Below the pieces are notes generated by a model. That model saw only the letters and a program-made list of their open reading frames with translations. It was not told where the DNA came from and searched no databases. A program made the translations under genes and the position numbers. Positions 8,795 to 18,025 of a stretch of 64,000 nt of DNA are shown one piece after another; the stretch's first letter is position 1, and each line of letters begins with the position of its first letter. This DNA comes from Beijerinckiaceae bacterium (GTDB lineage: Bacteria > Pseudomonadota > Alphaproteobacteria > Rhizobiales > Beijerinckiaceae). The DNA lies in NCBI GenBank assembly GCA_965277735.1, contig CBDIDO010000003.1:624250-688249 (forward strand). Reading direction: 5' to 3'.

Positions 8795-8903
8795 GTCTCG
8801 CTCCTTGCCGGGTGCACCTCGAGGTGGGGACTGCCTCGTCGCTTGTCACCGCAGGCCCCCTGCGGGATAAGCGGCGCCTTCCGAAAAGGGTCCTTCCCCC
8901 GCA

Positions 8904-9956
8904 ATGACGAGCTTCCCCAACCGCGTCTTCTCCGGCGTCCAGCCGACCGGCAATCTGCACCTCGGCAATTACCTCGGGGCGATCACCAAGTTCGTCGACC
9001 TGCAGGCGACGCACGAGTGCATCTTCTGCGTCGTCGACCTGCATGCGATCACGGTGCCGCAGGACCCGGCCACGCTCACGTCGAGCATCCGCGAGGTCAC
9101 GGCCGCCTTCATCGCCGCCGGCGTCGATGCCAAGAAGCATATCGTCTTCAACCAGAGCCAGGTGTCCGAGCACGCCGAGCTCGCCTGGGTGTTCAACTGC
9201 GTCGCGCGCATCGGCTGGCTGAACCGGATGACGCAATTCAAGGAAAAGGCCGGCAAGGACCGCGAGCAGGCTTCGATCGGGCTCTACGCCTATCCCGCGC
9301 TGATGGCCGCCGACATCCTCGCCTATCGCGCGACGCACGTCCCGGTCGGCGAGGACCAGAAGCAGCACCTCGAGCTCGCCCGCGACATCGCCCAGAAGTT
9401 CAACCTCGACTTCGCGGAGTCGATCGCCGCGCACGGTCTCGGGGTCGGCGAGACGGGTGGCTTCTTCCCGCTGCCGGAGCCGCTGATCCAGGGGCCGGCG
9501 ACGCGCGTGATGAGCCTGCGCGACGGCGCCAAGAAGATGTCGAAGTCTGACCCCTCCGACAATTCGCGCATCAACCTGACCGACGACGCGGACCAGATCG
9601 CGTCGAAGATCCGCAAGGCGAAGACCGACCCGGAGCCGCTGCCGTCCGAGACCGCGGGTCTTTCCGGACGGCCCGAGGCGGACAATCTTGTCGGCATCTA
9701 CGCGGCGCTTGGCCGCTCGACGAAGGCCGAGGTGCTGCAGGAATACGGCAACGCCAACTTCTCGACCTTCAAGGGCGCCCTTGTCGAGCGGGCGGTCGAG
9801 ACCTTGGGGCCGATCGGGGCGGAGATGAAGCGGCTGACGGCCGATCCCGCCGCGATCGACGCGATTCTCGCCGATGGCGCGGACCGGGCGCGCGTGCTGG
9901 CGCGGGCGACGATGGATCACGTCAAGGACATCCTCGGCTTCGTGCGGAAGATGTGA
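8904..9956 (+). CDS. trpS: tryptophan--tRNA ligase
   Basis: 350 aa. Contains [14 protein letters not shown] (HIGH-type motif), KMSKS, and the class Ic TrpRS layout. Confidence 0.95.
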   Translation: MTSFPNRVFSGVQPTGNLHLGNYLGAITKFVDLQATHECIFCVVDLHAITVPQDPATLTSSIREVTAAFIAAGVDAKKHIVFNQSQVSEHAELAWVFNCVARIGWLNRMTQFKEKAGKDREQASIGLYAYPALMAADILAYRATHVPVGEDQKQHLELARDIAQKFNLDFAESIAAHGLGVGETGGFFPLPEPLIQGPATRVMSLRDGAKKMSKSDPSDNSRINLTDDADQIASKIRKAKTDPEPLPSETAGLSGRPEADNLVGIYAALGRSTKAEVLQEYGNANFSTFKGALVERAVETLGPIGAEMKRLTADPAAIDAILADGADRARVLARATMDHVKDILGFVRKM

Positions 9957-10039
9957 GTCGCGGCCTGCCTACCGTTGCCGTTGCTGTGTCAAATCTCTAG
10001 CCTATGGGGGTGCGCGCGTTGCCTTCTCGCGCATTAGTG

Positions 10040-10056
10040 AATAGATAAAATCTATT
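10040..10056. promoter_or_regulatory. perfect 7-3-7 AT-rich palindrome AATAGATAAAATCTATT (operator or -10 region candidate)
   Basis: Read directly. It lies 16 nt upstream of the ATG at 10073 in an unusually AT-rich spacer. Confidence 0.3.
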
Positions 10057-10072
10057 GCTACACGGAGTTGTT

Positions 10073-10282
10073 ATGGCGGAGATCGTCGCATTCCCGACTG
10101 AGACCGCCGCCGCCTTTTCCGGCGAGGAGAACGTCGACCGGGCCGTGGAAGACCGCTTCCTTCTCGAAGAGGGGCTCGAGTTGCTGGCGGACTACCGCGC
10201 CATCGAAGACAAGCAGGTCCGGGCCTCGCTGCGCGGCCTCGTGAAGGCGCTGGTGCGCTCGAGCGGACAGACCCTGAGCTGA
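10073..10282 (+). CDS. small acidic hypothetical protein (69 aa)
   Basis: The ATG at 10073 is preceded by ACGGAG. Translation MAEIVAFPTETAAAFSGEENVDRAVEDRFLLEEGLELLADYRAIEDKQVR... Coding-like GC3. No family recognised. Confidence 0.5.
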   Translation: MAEIVAFPTETAAAFSGEENVDRAVEDRFLLEEGLELLADYRAIEDKQVRASLRGLVKALVRSSGQTLS

Positions 10283-10313
10283 TCGGTCGCCGCCGACGTG
10301 GGCGAGAGCCGTG

Positions 10314-10961
10314 TCACGCCGCGCCGAGCTTCCGGCCCGCGAAATACCGTGTGACGGCGACCACGATCGCGACCGCGGCTGCGTGCGCCACCAGATCGAT
10401 CGCCGCGACATCATAAGGGTGGAAGAAGTTGAGCAGGGTTGCCGCCGCGGCCGCGACGGCAAGGCCCGCACACGCCCCGGTGAGCGACGGCGCCAGGCTG
10501 TATCCGCGCCGCAGCATCACGAGGATCAGCGCGGAGAGCGGCACCGAAAACGCGACGATGAACATGAAGCAATGGGTGGAATGCATCGGTGGCATCGGGG
10601 GGACGCCGGGGATCAAGCCACGCGCGCATCCGAGGCCGCTGGCGCCGATCCACAGCGCCAGCCCCGGCAGCGGCAGCAGCGCCCAGCGCGGCGAGCGGTC
10701 CGGTAGATCGAGCTCGAAGGCGGCGATGGCCGCGAGGATCGCGGTGAGAGTCGAGCCAGTCGCCGCGATCCAAAGGTCGGGCACGGCCATCAGCCGATAA
10801 CGCATCTCGGTGAGATCGGCGAAGCTCGCGAGCGCGAGCGCGATCGCCAGCACCACCGCGAGCCAGCAGACGGCGCGGAAGATCGGCGACGGCAGCGGCT
10901 TCACCGGACGCAGCTCGGCGACGAGCTCCTCGATGAGAGTGCGGTGCGCGAGGTCAGACAT
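10314..10961 (-). CDS. nrsF: NrsF-family (DUF1109) membrane anti-sigma factor
   Basis: 215 aa with six predicted hydrophobic segments. N-terminus MSDLAHRTLIEELVAELRPVKPL. It overlaps the 3' end of the upstream ECF sigma gene by 8 nt, the classic sigF-nrsF arrangement. Confidence 0.8.
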   Translation of the reverse strand: MSDLAHRTLIEELVAELRPVKPLPSPIFRAVCWLAVVLAIALALASFADLTEMRYRLMAVPDLWIAATGSTLTAILAAIAAFELDLPDRSPRWALLPLPGLALWIGASGLGCARGLIPGVPPMPPMHSTHCFMFIVAFSVPLSALILVMLRRGYSLAPSLTGACAGLAVAAAAATLLNFFHPYDVAAIDLVAHAAAVAIVVAVTRYFAGRKLGAA

Positions 10962-11535
10962 GGAACTTGCCCTCCCCGGAGAGACGCCCGCGCAGCGCCT
11001 TCAGCGCGCGATGCATGTTGACCTTAAGCGCGCCCGTCGTCTTGCCGGTGGCGAGCGCGGCCTCGGCGAGCGAGTTCTCCTGAAGCGCCAGCAGCTCGAC
11101 CGCCTCGCGCTGGCCCGGCGTCAGCGTGTCGATGGCGGCTTTCAGCTCGCGTCCCACCTCGGCATCCGACCACGAACGGTCCGGCGCGGCGCCGGGATCG
11201 GCGTGCTGCTCGTAGGCCAGCGGCGCGTGGATCTCGCGGCTCGCGCCGCGGCCGGCGCGCCGCAGCGCGTCGATCCCGCGACGCTGGGCGATGACGGTGA
11301 GCCACGCCGTGAACGAGCGCGACGGATCGTAGGTCTGGCGCGCCTTGTGGAGCGTCAGCAGGGTCTCCTGCACGACGTCCTCGATCGCGGCGCCGCGAAC
11401 GCCGGCGCGGGTTGCGGCACGCCGGATGATCGGCTCGCAGGCGTGCAGAAGCTTCTCGTAGGCGCGCTTGTCGCCGGCTTGGACCGAACGCATCAGCGCT
11501 GCCAAAGAGAGATCGTTCGCATCGGAAGGCCGCAT
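10954..11535 (-). CDS. ECF-type RNA polymerase sigma-70 family factor (SigF-like)
   Basis: Region 2 (DVVQETLLTLHKARQTYDPSRSFTAWL) and region 4 (LTPGQREAVELLALQENSLAEAALATGKTTGALKVNMHRALKAL). I chose the ATG at 11535; a GTG at 11577 is an alternative start. Confidence 0.85.
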   Translation of the reverse strand: MRPSDANDLSLAALMRSVQAGDKRAYEKLLHACEPIIRRAATRAGVRGAAIEDVVQETLLTLHKARQTYDPSRSFTAWLTVIAQRRGIDALRRAGRGASREIHAPLAYEQHADPGAAPDRSWSDAEVGRELKAAIDTLTPGQREAVELLALQENSLAEAALATGKTTGALKVNMHRALKALRGRLSGEGKFHV

Positions 11536-11681
11536 GGTGCCGATGATGTGTCCCTGAGCGAGGGCAAGACCAATCACGGTGTCGTGCGCGTGGCAAGAGG
11601 TGCGTAGGGGCCGTCGTCGGACCGCGTTTGCCTCATACTCAGCGTATGATCTGCCGATGGCGGCGGACAGGGAAGGACATC

Positions 11682-13148
11682 ATGGCCTACGAGGCCAACC
11701 TCGGTCTGCTCGCCTTGACGCGCTTCGGCTGCGGCCCGCGCGGCGACGGCGATACCAAGATCGCCTCCGCCGATCCGCGTGGCTTCCTCGCGGCCGAACT
11801 CGCCGAGCCGGGCATCGCACTGCTCGAAGGCCCCGGGCTGCCAACCACGGCTGACGCGCTGCGCCAGCAGTTCGCCTACAAGGAAGAAAAGCAGGTCGCG
11901 CGAGAGGCGAGCCCGCCCACAATGGCGCCGTCGGCCGCCGCACCAGCCATCATGGCTCCGGCCAAGTCGGCAATTGTCGCCGAGATGCAGCCGCCGTCCG
12001 CGAGCGCTACTCCGGCGCCCGCGCCCAAGCCCCCCGCGCCGGCGCAGGTCGTCTATCGCGACGAGGCGCTGGCGCGCATCCGTCGGGGCATCGAGGTGCG
12101 CGCCGGCTTCGCCGAGCGCCTGGTCGCGTTCTGGTCGAATCATTTCTGCATCTCGGCGACGAAGGGGCCGATCGGCCGAATCACGGCGGGGGCGTTCGAG
12201 CGCGAGGCGATCCGCCCGCACGTGCTCGGCCGCTTCGCCGACCTGCTCGTCGCCGTCGAAAGCCATCCGGCGATGCTGCACTTCCTCGACAACACGCGCT
12301 CGGTCGGGCCGAACTCGCGCGCCGGGCAGCGCGGCCGGCGTGGGCTCAATGAGAATTTCGGCCGCGAGATCATGGAATTACATACGCTGGGCGCCGGCAG
12401 CGGTTACACCCAGGCCGACGTCACCAATCTCGCCCGCATTCTGACCGGCTGGAGCTATGTCGGTGCGGAAGGCAGAGGCGGCGACCCGGGCACCTTCGTC
12501 TTTCGTGAAAACGCGCACGAGCCGGGGCCGCTGCCTTTGCTCGGCCGGACCTATCCCGACGCCGGCGTGGAGCAGGGCCGCGCGGCGCTGCTCGACATCA
12601 CCCGCGACCCGCGGACGGCGCGCTTCATCGCGAGCAAGCTCGCGCGGGCCTTCGTCGCCGACGTGCCGCCGGCGGCGCTCGTCGACCGGCTCGCGACGAC
12701 GTTCACGGCCACCGACGGCGACCTTAAGGCCGTCTCGCTGGCGCTGATCGCCGCGCCCGAGGCCTGGTCGCCGACGCTGGCCAAGATGCGCACGCCCTGG
12801 GACGTCATCATCGCGACCAACCGCCTGCTCGGTCATCTGCCAGAGGACCCGGGACAGGTGCTCGGCCCGCTCAGGGTGCTCGGCATGGAGCTCTGGTCGC
12901 CGCCGGGTCCGAACGGCTTTCCGGTCACCGACGTCGCCTGGGCGACGCCCGAAGGCCTGAAGCTGAGGCTCGATTATTGTGCGCTGGTGGCGAGCAAGCT
13001 CAAGACGCCGCCGAACCCGAGCGACCTCCTCGAGCGCCTCGCCGGAGGGACGCCGTCACCCGAGACGCGGACGGCCATCGCCCGCGCCGAGAGCCGCGAG
13101 CAGGGCCTCGCGCTCCTCCTCATGTCGCCCGAAATGCAGCGGAGCTGA
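11682..13148 (+). CDS. DUF1800 domain-containing protein
   Basis: 488 aa from the ATG at 11682 (GGAAGGA upstream). Contains NHFCIS...HPAMLHFLDN..S....NENFGREIMELHTLG, characteristic of DUF1800. It is paired with DUF1501, as usual for this family. Confidence 0.8.
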   Translation: MAYEANLGLLALTRFGCGPRGDGDTKIASADPRGFLAAELAEPGIALLEGPGLPTTADALRQQFAYKEEKQVAREASPPTMAPSAAAPAIMAPAKSAIVAEMQPPSASATPAPAPKPPAPAQVVYRDEALARIRRGIEVRAGFAERLVAFWSNHFCISATKGPIGRITAGAFEREAIRPHVLGRFADLLVAVESHPAMLHFLDNTRSVGPNSRAGQRGRRGLNENFGREIMELHTLGAGSGYTQADVTNLARILTGWSYVGAEGRGGDPGTFVFRENAHEPGPLPLLGRTYPDAGVEQGRAALLDITRDPRTARFIASKLARAFVADVPPAALVDRLATTFTATDGDLKAVSLALIAAPEAWSPTLAKMRTPWDVIIATNRLLGHLPEDPGQVLGPLRVLGMELWSPPGPNGFPVTDVAWATPEGLKLRLDYCALVASKLKTPPNPSDLLERLAGGTPSPETRTAIARAESREQGLALLLMSPEMQRS

Positions 13149-13152
13149 GCCG

Positions 13153-14394
13153 ATGACCCTGTTCGCGCATCCCTCCCGTCGCACCCTTCTCTCCGGTGGC
13201 GGCGCGCTGTTCGGCGCGGCGATGATCCCGAGGATCGCCTCGGCCGCCGGCGCGCGCGATCCGCGCCTCGTCGTCCTCGTCCTCCGCGGCGCGCTCGACG
13301 GCCTCGCCGCCGTCGGGCCGATCGGCGATCCCGACTATGTCGCGCTGCACGGCCAGCTCGCGATGCGCCTGGACGGTCCGGCGGCCGCGCTGCCGCTCGA
13401 CGGCTTCTTTGCGCTCAACCCCGGCATGCCGAATTTTTCGCGCATGGTGCGGGATAAGACCGGTGTGGTCGTTCATGCGACCGCCACCGGCTACCGCGAC
13501 CGCTCGCATTTCGACGGCCAGGACGTGCTCGAGAGCGGCATGCCGGCGCCAGGCTATGTCGAATCGGGCTGGCTCAACCGCGCGCTCTCGGCGCTCCCGG
13601 CCGGCGAGCGCGTCGGCCGCGCCGGTGGCCTGGCCGTCGGCGCCTCGACGCCGACGATCCTGCGCGGCCCCGCACCGGTGCTGGGCTGGGAGCCGGAAGC
13701 GATTCCCGGCGCCAGCGAAGAGCTCGCGCGGCGGGTGCTCGACCTCTACACGCACACCGATCCGAAGCTCGCCGAGGCCATGCGCCAGGGCCTCGATGTC
13801 GAGAAGATCGCGCTGACGAGCGACGGCACGATGGCCGGTCCGGCGATGACACCGAAGCAGGGCGCCGCGCGCCGGCCCGCGGGCATGCGCCAGGCGGCCG
13901 AGGGCGCGGCGCGGCTGCTGGCCGCGAACGACGGGCCGCGCGTCGCCGCGCTCGTCTTCGACGGCTGGGACACGCACGCCGGTGAAGGCGGCGCCACGGG
14001 ACGGCTGATGCAGCTGCTGGGCGGCCTCGACGAAGCCTTCGCGGCCTTCGAGTCGGGCCTCGGGTCGGAATGGAAGCGGACGGTTGTCGTCGCCATCACC
14101 GAATTCGGCCGCACCGCGCATATCAACGGGACCGCCGGCACGGACCACGGCACCGGCACGGTCGCGTTCCTCGCCGGCGGCGCGGTGGCGGGCGGCCGGG
14201 TGATCGCCGACTGGCCCGGGCTGAAGCCGGCGCAGCTCTACGAGGCGCGCGACCTGGCGCCGACGACCGACCTGCGCTCGGTGCTCAAGGGCGTGCTGGC
14301 CGACCATCTCGGCCTGTCCCATTCGGTGCTCGCCCAGGCTGTCTTCCCCGGCACGGTTGCGCTGCGGCCGATGAAGGGGCTGATCGCCGCATAA
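13153..14394 (+). CDS. DUF1501 domain-containing protein (sulfatase/alkaline-phosphatase-like, Tat signal)
   Basis: 413 aa. Tat-like signal SRRTLLSGGGALFGAAMIPRIASA. C-terminal TEFGRTAHINGTAGTDHG motif. The start is 4 nt after the DUF1800 stop. Confidence 0.85.
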   Translation: MTLFAHPSRRTLLSGGGALFGAAMIPRIASAAGARDPRLVVLVLRGALDGLAAVGPIGDPDYVALHGQLAMRLDGPAAALPLDGFFALNPGMPNFSRMVRDKTGVVVHATATGYRDRSHFDGQDVLESGMPAPGYVESGWLNRALSALPAGERVGRAGGLAVGASTPTILRGPAPVLGWEPEAIPGASEELARRVLDLYTHTDPKLAEAMRQGLDVEKIALTSDGTMAGPAMTPKQGAARRPAGMRQAAEGAARLLAANDGPRVAALVFDGWDTHAGEGGATGRLMQLLGGLDEAFAAFESGLGSEWKRTVVVAITEFGRTAHINGTAGTDHGTGTVAFLAGGAVAGGRVIADWPGLKPAQLYEARDLAPTTDLRSVLKGVLADHLGLSHSVLAQAVFPGTVALRPMKGLIAA

Positions 14395-14567
14395 GGCGGC
14401 GCGGCCCCTGCCGCTGAAGCGCCACACCTTGGAAACGCTCGAAAAGAACCCGTCGGCGCTTATGGACAGCGCGCCCGGAACACGGCATAGGCACAGACAA
14501 AATCCCGGGCTTTGGCTTAGGTGATAGACCCGCGCGTCGAGCGCCGAGCGAGGATGGCTGAGGGGCG

Positions 14568-15992
14568 ATGGATTCGTTTACATTCAACAAGATCGCCGGC
14601 GCAGTGCTCGGCACCTGCCTCTTCGGCATGGGCCTCGGCCTCGTCGCGCAAGCGATCTACGAGCCCGAGGCCCCCAAGAAGCCCGGCTATGCCCTCCCGA
14701 TGCCGAAGGAAGAAGCCGCTGGCGGCAAGGCGCCGGCCGTCGCGCCGCTGCCCGTGCTACTCGCCAAGGCCGACCCGAAGAAAGGCGAGACCGCCGCGAA
14801 GATCTGCAGCGCCTGCCATAACTTCCAGGAGGGCGCCGGCGCCAAGGTCGGCCCGGATCTCTACAACGTGGTCGACCGCGAGAAGGCGTCCGTCGCGGGC
14901 TTCGACTATTCGTCCGCCCTCAAGTCGAAGGGCGGCAAGTGGACCTTCGCCGACCTGAACGAGTGGCTCACCGCGCCGTCCAAATACGCGCCGGGCACGA
15001 AGATGGGCTACGCCGGCGAGGAGGACCCGCAGAAGCGCGCCGACATCATCCGCTACCTCGTCACGCTGTCGAAGACCCCGGTGGCGCTGCCGAAGCCGAC
15101 GCCCGAGGAGGAGAAGCAGGCGCAGGGCGGTGGCGCAACCACGACTGCGGCTGCCGCGCCGGCTGCTGGCGGCGACGATCTCATCAAGCTGATCGGCGAC
15201 ACGCCGCCGGCGAAGGGCGAGCAGGCCGCCAAGATCTGCGGCGCCTGCCACAACTTCAAGGAAGGCGAAGGCAGCAAGGTCGGCCCCGATCTCTACGGTG
15301 TGGTCGATCGCGAGAAGGGCTCGGTTGCCGGGTTCGACTATTCGTCCGGGGTGAAGGCCAAGGGCGGAAAGTGGACCTACCAGGACCTCAACGAGTGGCT
15401 CACCGCGCCGGCGAAGTACATTCCCGGCACCAAGATGGGCTACGCCGGCGAGGCGGACGAGAAGAAGCGCGCCGCGATCATCTCCTACCTTCGGTCGCTG
15501 GCGAAGACGCCCGAGCCGCTGCCGGCGGCAGGTGAGAAGAAGGCCGATGCCGGTGCGGCGCCGGCCAAGACCGCCGACGCGGGCGATGCCGCCAAGCCTG
15601 ATGCAGCCAAACCGGCCGCGCCGGCCGCCGGCGGCTTCGCCCAGATGGTCGCCGACGCCAAGCCCGAGAAGGGCAAGTCCGCCGCGCAGATCTGCGGCGC
15701 CTGCCACAACTTCAAGGAAGGCGAGGGCAACAAGGTCGGCCCCGACCTCTACGGCGTGATCGATCGCGACAAGGCGTCGGTCGCCGGCTTCGACTATTCC
15801 GCGGCCCTGAAGGCCAAAGGCGGCAAGTGGACCTACGACGACCTCAACACGTGGCTCACCAACCCGCAGGCCTATGCCTCCGGCACGAAGATGGGCTACG
15901 CCGGCGAGGCCGACGAGAAGAAGCGCGCCGCGATCGTCGCCTATCTCAGGACGCTCGCCGCGACGCCGGCACCGCTGCCCGGCGCCAAGTAG
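14568..15992 (+). CDS. membrane-anchored c-type cytochrome with three tandem class I (c2/c550-like) domains
   Basis: N-terminal TM helix (IAGAVLGTCLFGMGLGLVAQAIY). Three CxxCH sites (CSACH 14805-14819, CGACH 15237-15251, CGACH 15693-15707). Each is followed by GPDLYxV...GTKMGYAG (axial Met). Confidence 0.9.
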   Translation: MDSFTFNKIAGAVLGTCLFGMGLGLVAQAIYEPEAPKKPGYALPMPKEEAAGGKAPAVAPLPVLLAKADPKKGETAAKICSACHNFQEGAGAKVGPDLYNVVDREKASVAGFDYSSALKSKGGKWTFADLNEWLTAPSKYAPGTKMGYAGEEDPQKRADIIRYLVTLSKTPVALPKPTPEEEKQAQGGGATTTAAAAPAAGGDDLIKLIGDTPPAKGEQAAKICGACHNFKEGEGSKVGPDLYGVVDREKGSVAGFDYSSGVKAKGGKWTYQDLNEWLTAPAKYIPGTKMGYAGEADEKKRAAIISYLRSLAKTPEPLPAAGEKKADAGAAPAKTADAGDAAKPDAAKPAAPAAGGFAQMVADAKPEKGKSAAQICGACHNFKEGEGNKVGPDLYGVIDRDKASVAGFDYSAALKAKGGKWTYDDLNTWLTNPQAYASGTKMGYAGEADEKKRAAIVAYLRTLAATPAPLPGAK

Positions 15993-16110
15993 GCGGTTAA
16001 GAGGTCCGGCGCCAAGCCTGACCAAGATTTAACGCGCAGCGCGCGCCTGCCGCGGTATCCCTCCGGACGCCGCGGCAAAAGCGACACATTCCGTCGGCAA
16101 GGGCAGACCC

Positions 16111-18012
16111 ATGACCGCCGGATATCCCCTGTCGAAACGCCCGCTTCTCACCCGCCGCGAGTCGCTCGCGCTCGGGGTCGGCGGCCTTGTCCTTCCCGCG
16201 GCTCTGGGCCCGCGCGCGGCCCGCGCTGACGATTACGGGCCTGAGGCGCACGGGCTCTCGATCTTCGGCGATCTCGAGTTGCCGGCGGACTATCCGCATC
16301 TTGCCTATGTCGACCCGAAGGCGCCGGTCGGCGGCGAAATCCGGCTGCAGATCGACTCGTCGCAGGGCAACCAGAACTTCCTCACCTTCAACACGCTGAA
16401 CGTCTTCAACTTCGCCGGTGACGGTGCGGCCGGCGTGCCCGCCGCCTTCGACAGCCTGATGGGCGGCAATTCCGACGAGCCGGATGCGCTCTACGGCCTT
16501 GTCGCGCGGGCCGTGAAGGCCTCCCCCGACAAGAGCCGTTACCGCTTTCTCCTGCGCAAGGAGGCGCGTTTCCATGACGGCTCGCCGCTCACCGCGAAGG
16601 ACGTCGCCTTCTCGCTCAACGTGCTGCGCGACAAGGGCCATCCCGCCTTCCGCCTGCCGCTGCGCGATCTCGATAGGGCGGCGGCGTCAGCCCCCGACGT
16701 GCTCGACGTTTCGCTGAAGCCCGGCCACGCGCGCGACGCGATCCTGTTCATCGCCGGGCTGCCGATCTTTTCGGCCGCCTTCTACGCCAAGGTGCCGTTC
16801 GACGAGGTGAGCCTCGAGCCGCCGCTCGGCTCGGGCTCGTACAAGCTCGGCGCCTTCCAGCAGGGCAAGTTCGTCGAGATGGAGCGCGTCGCCGACTATT
16901 GGGGCAAGGACCTGCCGATCAACCTCGGCACCGGCAATTTCGGCAAGCTGCGCTACGAGTACTACGCCGACCGCAAGATCGCCTTCGAGGGCTTCAAGGC
17001 CGGCGACTTCACTTTCCGCGAGGAGTTCACCGCGTCGGTCTGGGCGAAGGGCTACGACTTTCCTGCCGTGGCCGATGGCCGGGTGAAGAAGGAGTTCATC
17101 AAGGACGATACGCCGAATGGCACGCAAGGCTGGTTCTTCAACACGCGGCGCGACAAGTTCAAGGACCCGCGCGTCCGCCAGGCGATCGCGTTTGCATTCG
17201 ACTTCAAATGGACGAACGCCAACATCATGTACGGCGCCTACACGCGCACGGTGTCGTACTTCCAGAACTCGCCGATGGCCGCCGACGGCACGCCGTCGCC
17301 CGACGAGCTGAAACTGCTGGATCCGTACAAGGCCAAACTGTCGCCGCAGGTCTTCGGTCCCGTCTATATGCCGCCCGAGGGCGACGGCACCGGCACCGAC
17401 CGCACCATGCTGCGCAAGGGCTTCGATCTCCTGAAGGCCGCCGGCTGCGAGCGCGACGGCGAGCGGTTGCTGCTCCCCGATGGCGCGCCGCTCGAGATCG
17501 AGTTCCTCGATTCCGATCCGGCGCTCGATCCGCACACGCTGCCCTTCGTCCGCAATCTCGGGCTGCTCGGCATCAAGGCCAACCTGCGCGTCGTCGATCC
17601 CGCGCAATACAAGCGCCGCACCGACGCCTACGATTTCGACGTCGTCGTCCAGCGCTTCGGCTTCGGGCTCACGCCGGGCGCGGCGATGCGCGACTATTTC
17701 GGCTCCGACGCCGCCAAGACGCCCGGCTCGCGCAACCTCGTCGGCATCAGTGATCCGACGGTCGACGCGCTGATCGAGCAGGCGGTCGCGGCCGACACGC
17801 GCGAGAAGCTGACGGTCGCCTGCAAGTGCATCGATCGCGTGCTGCGCGGGTCGCATTATTGGGTGCCGATGTGGAACAAGGGCGGCCACAACATCGCTTA
17901 TTGGGATCTGTTCGGTCGGCCGCCGCGCCCCGCGAAATACGGGCTCAACGCGGTCTCGACCTGGTGGTACGACGAGGCCAAGGCGGACAAGACCGCACTG
18001 CGGCCGCGCTGA
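16111..18012 (+). CDS. yejA: ABC transporter periplasmic substrate-binding protein, family 5 (YejA-like)
   Basis: 633 aa with a Tat/Sec-like signal (RRESLALGVGGLVLPAALGPRAARA). It is the first gene of a yejABEF-type four-gene operon. Confidence 0.8.
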   Translation: MTAGYPLSKRPLLTRRESLALGVGGLVLPAALGPRAARADDYGPEAHGLSIFGDLELPADYPHLAYVDPKAPVGGEIRLQIDSSQGNQNFLTFNTLNVFNFAGDGAAGVPAAFDSLMGGNSDEPDALYGLVARAVKASPDKSRYRFLLRKEARFHDGSPLTAKDVAFSLNVLRDKGHPAFRLPLRDLDRAAASAPDVLDVSLKPGHARDAILFIAGLPIFSAAFYAKVPFDEVSLEPPLGSGSYKLGAFQQGKFVEMERVADYWGKDLPINLGTGNFGKLRYEYYADRKIAFEGFKAGDFTFREEFTASVWAKGYDFPAVADGRVKKEFIKDDTPNGTQGWFFNTRRDKFKDPRVRQAIAFAFDFKWTNANIMYGAYTRTVSYFQNSPMAADGTPSPDELKLLDPYKAKLSPQVFGPVYMPPEGDGTGTDRTMLRKGFDLLKAAGCERDGERLLLPDGAPLEIEFLDSDPALDPHTLPFVRNLGLLGIKANLRVVDPAQYKRRTDAYDFDVVVQRFGFGLTPGAAMRDYFGSDAAKTPGSRNLVGISDPTVDALIEQAVAADTREKLTVACKCIDRVLRGSHYWVPMWNKGGHNIAYWDLFGRPPRPAKYGLNAVSTWWYDEAKADKTALRPR

Positions 18013-18025
18013 GAAGGCTGCAGCC

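Noticed and set aside
14790-15960. Periodic ~440-bp DNA repeats considered as a possible non-coding tandem array
   Set aside because: They are in frame, each encodes a complete cytochrome c domain with CxxCH and an axial Met, and they lie inside one continuous ORF. They are coding domain repeats, not a CRISPR or satellite array.
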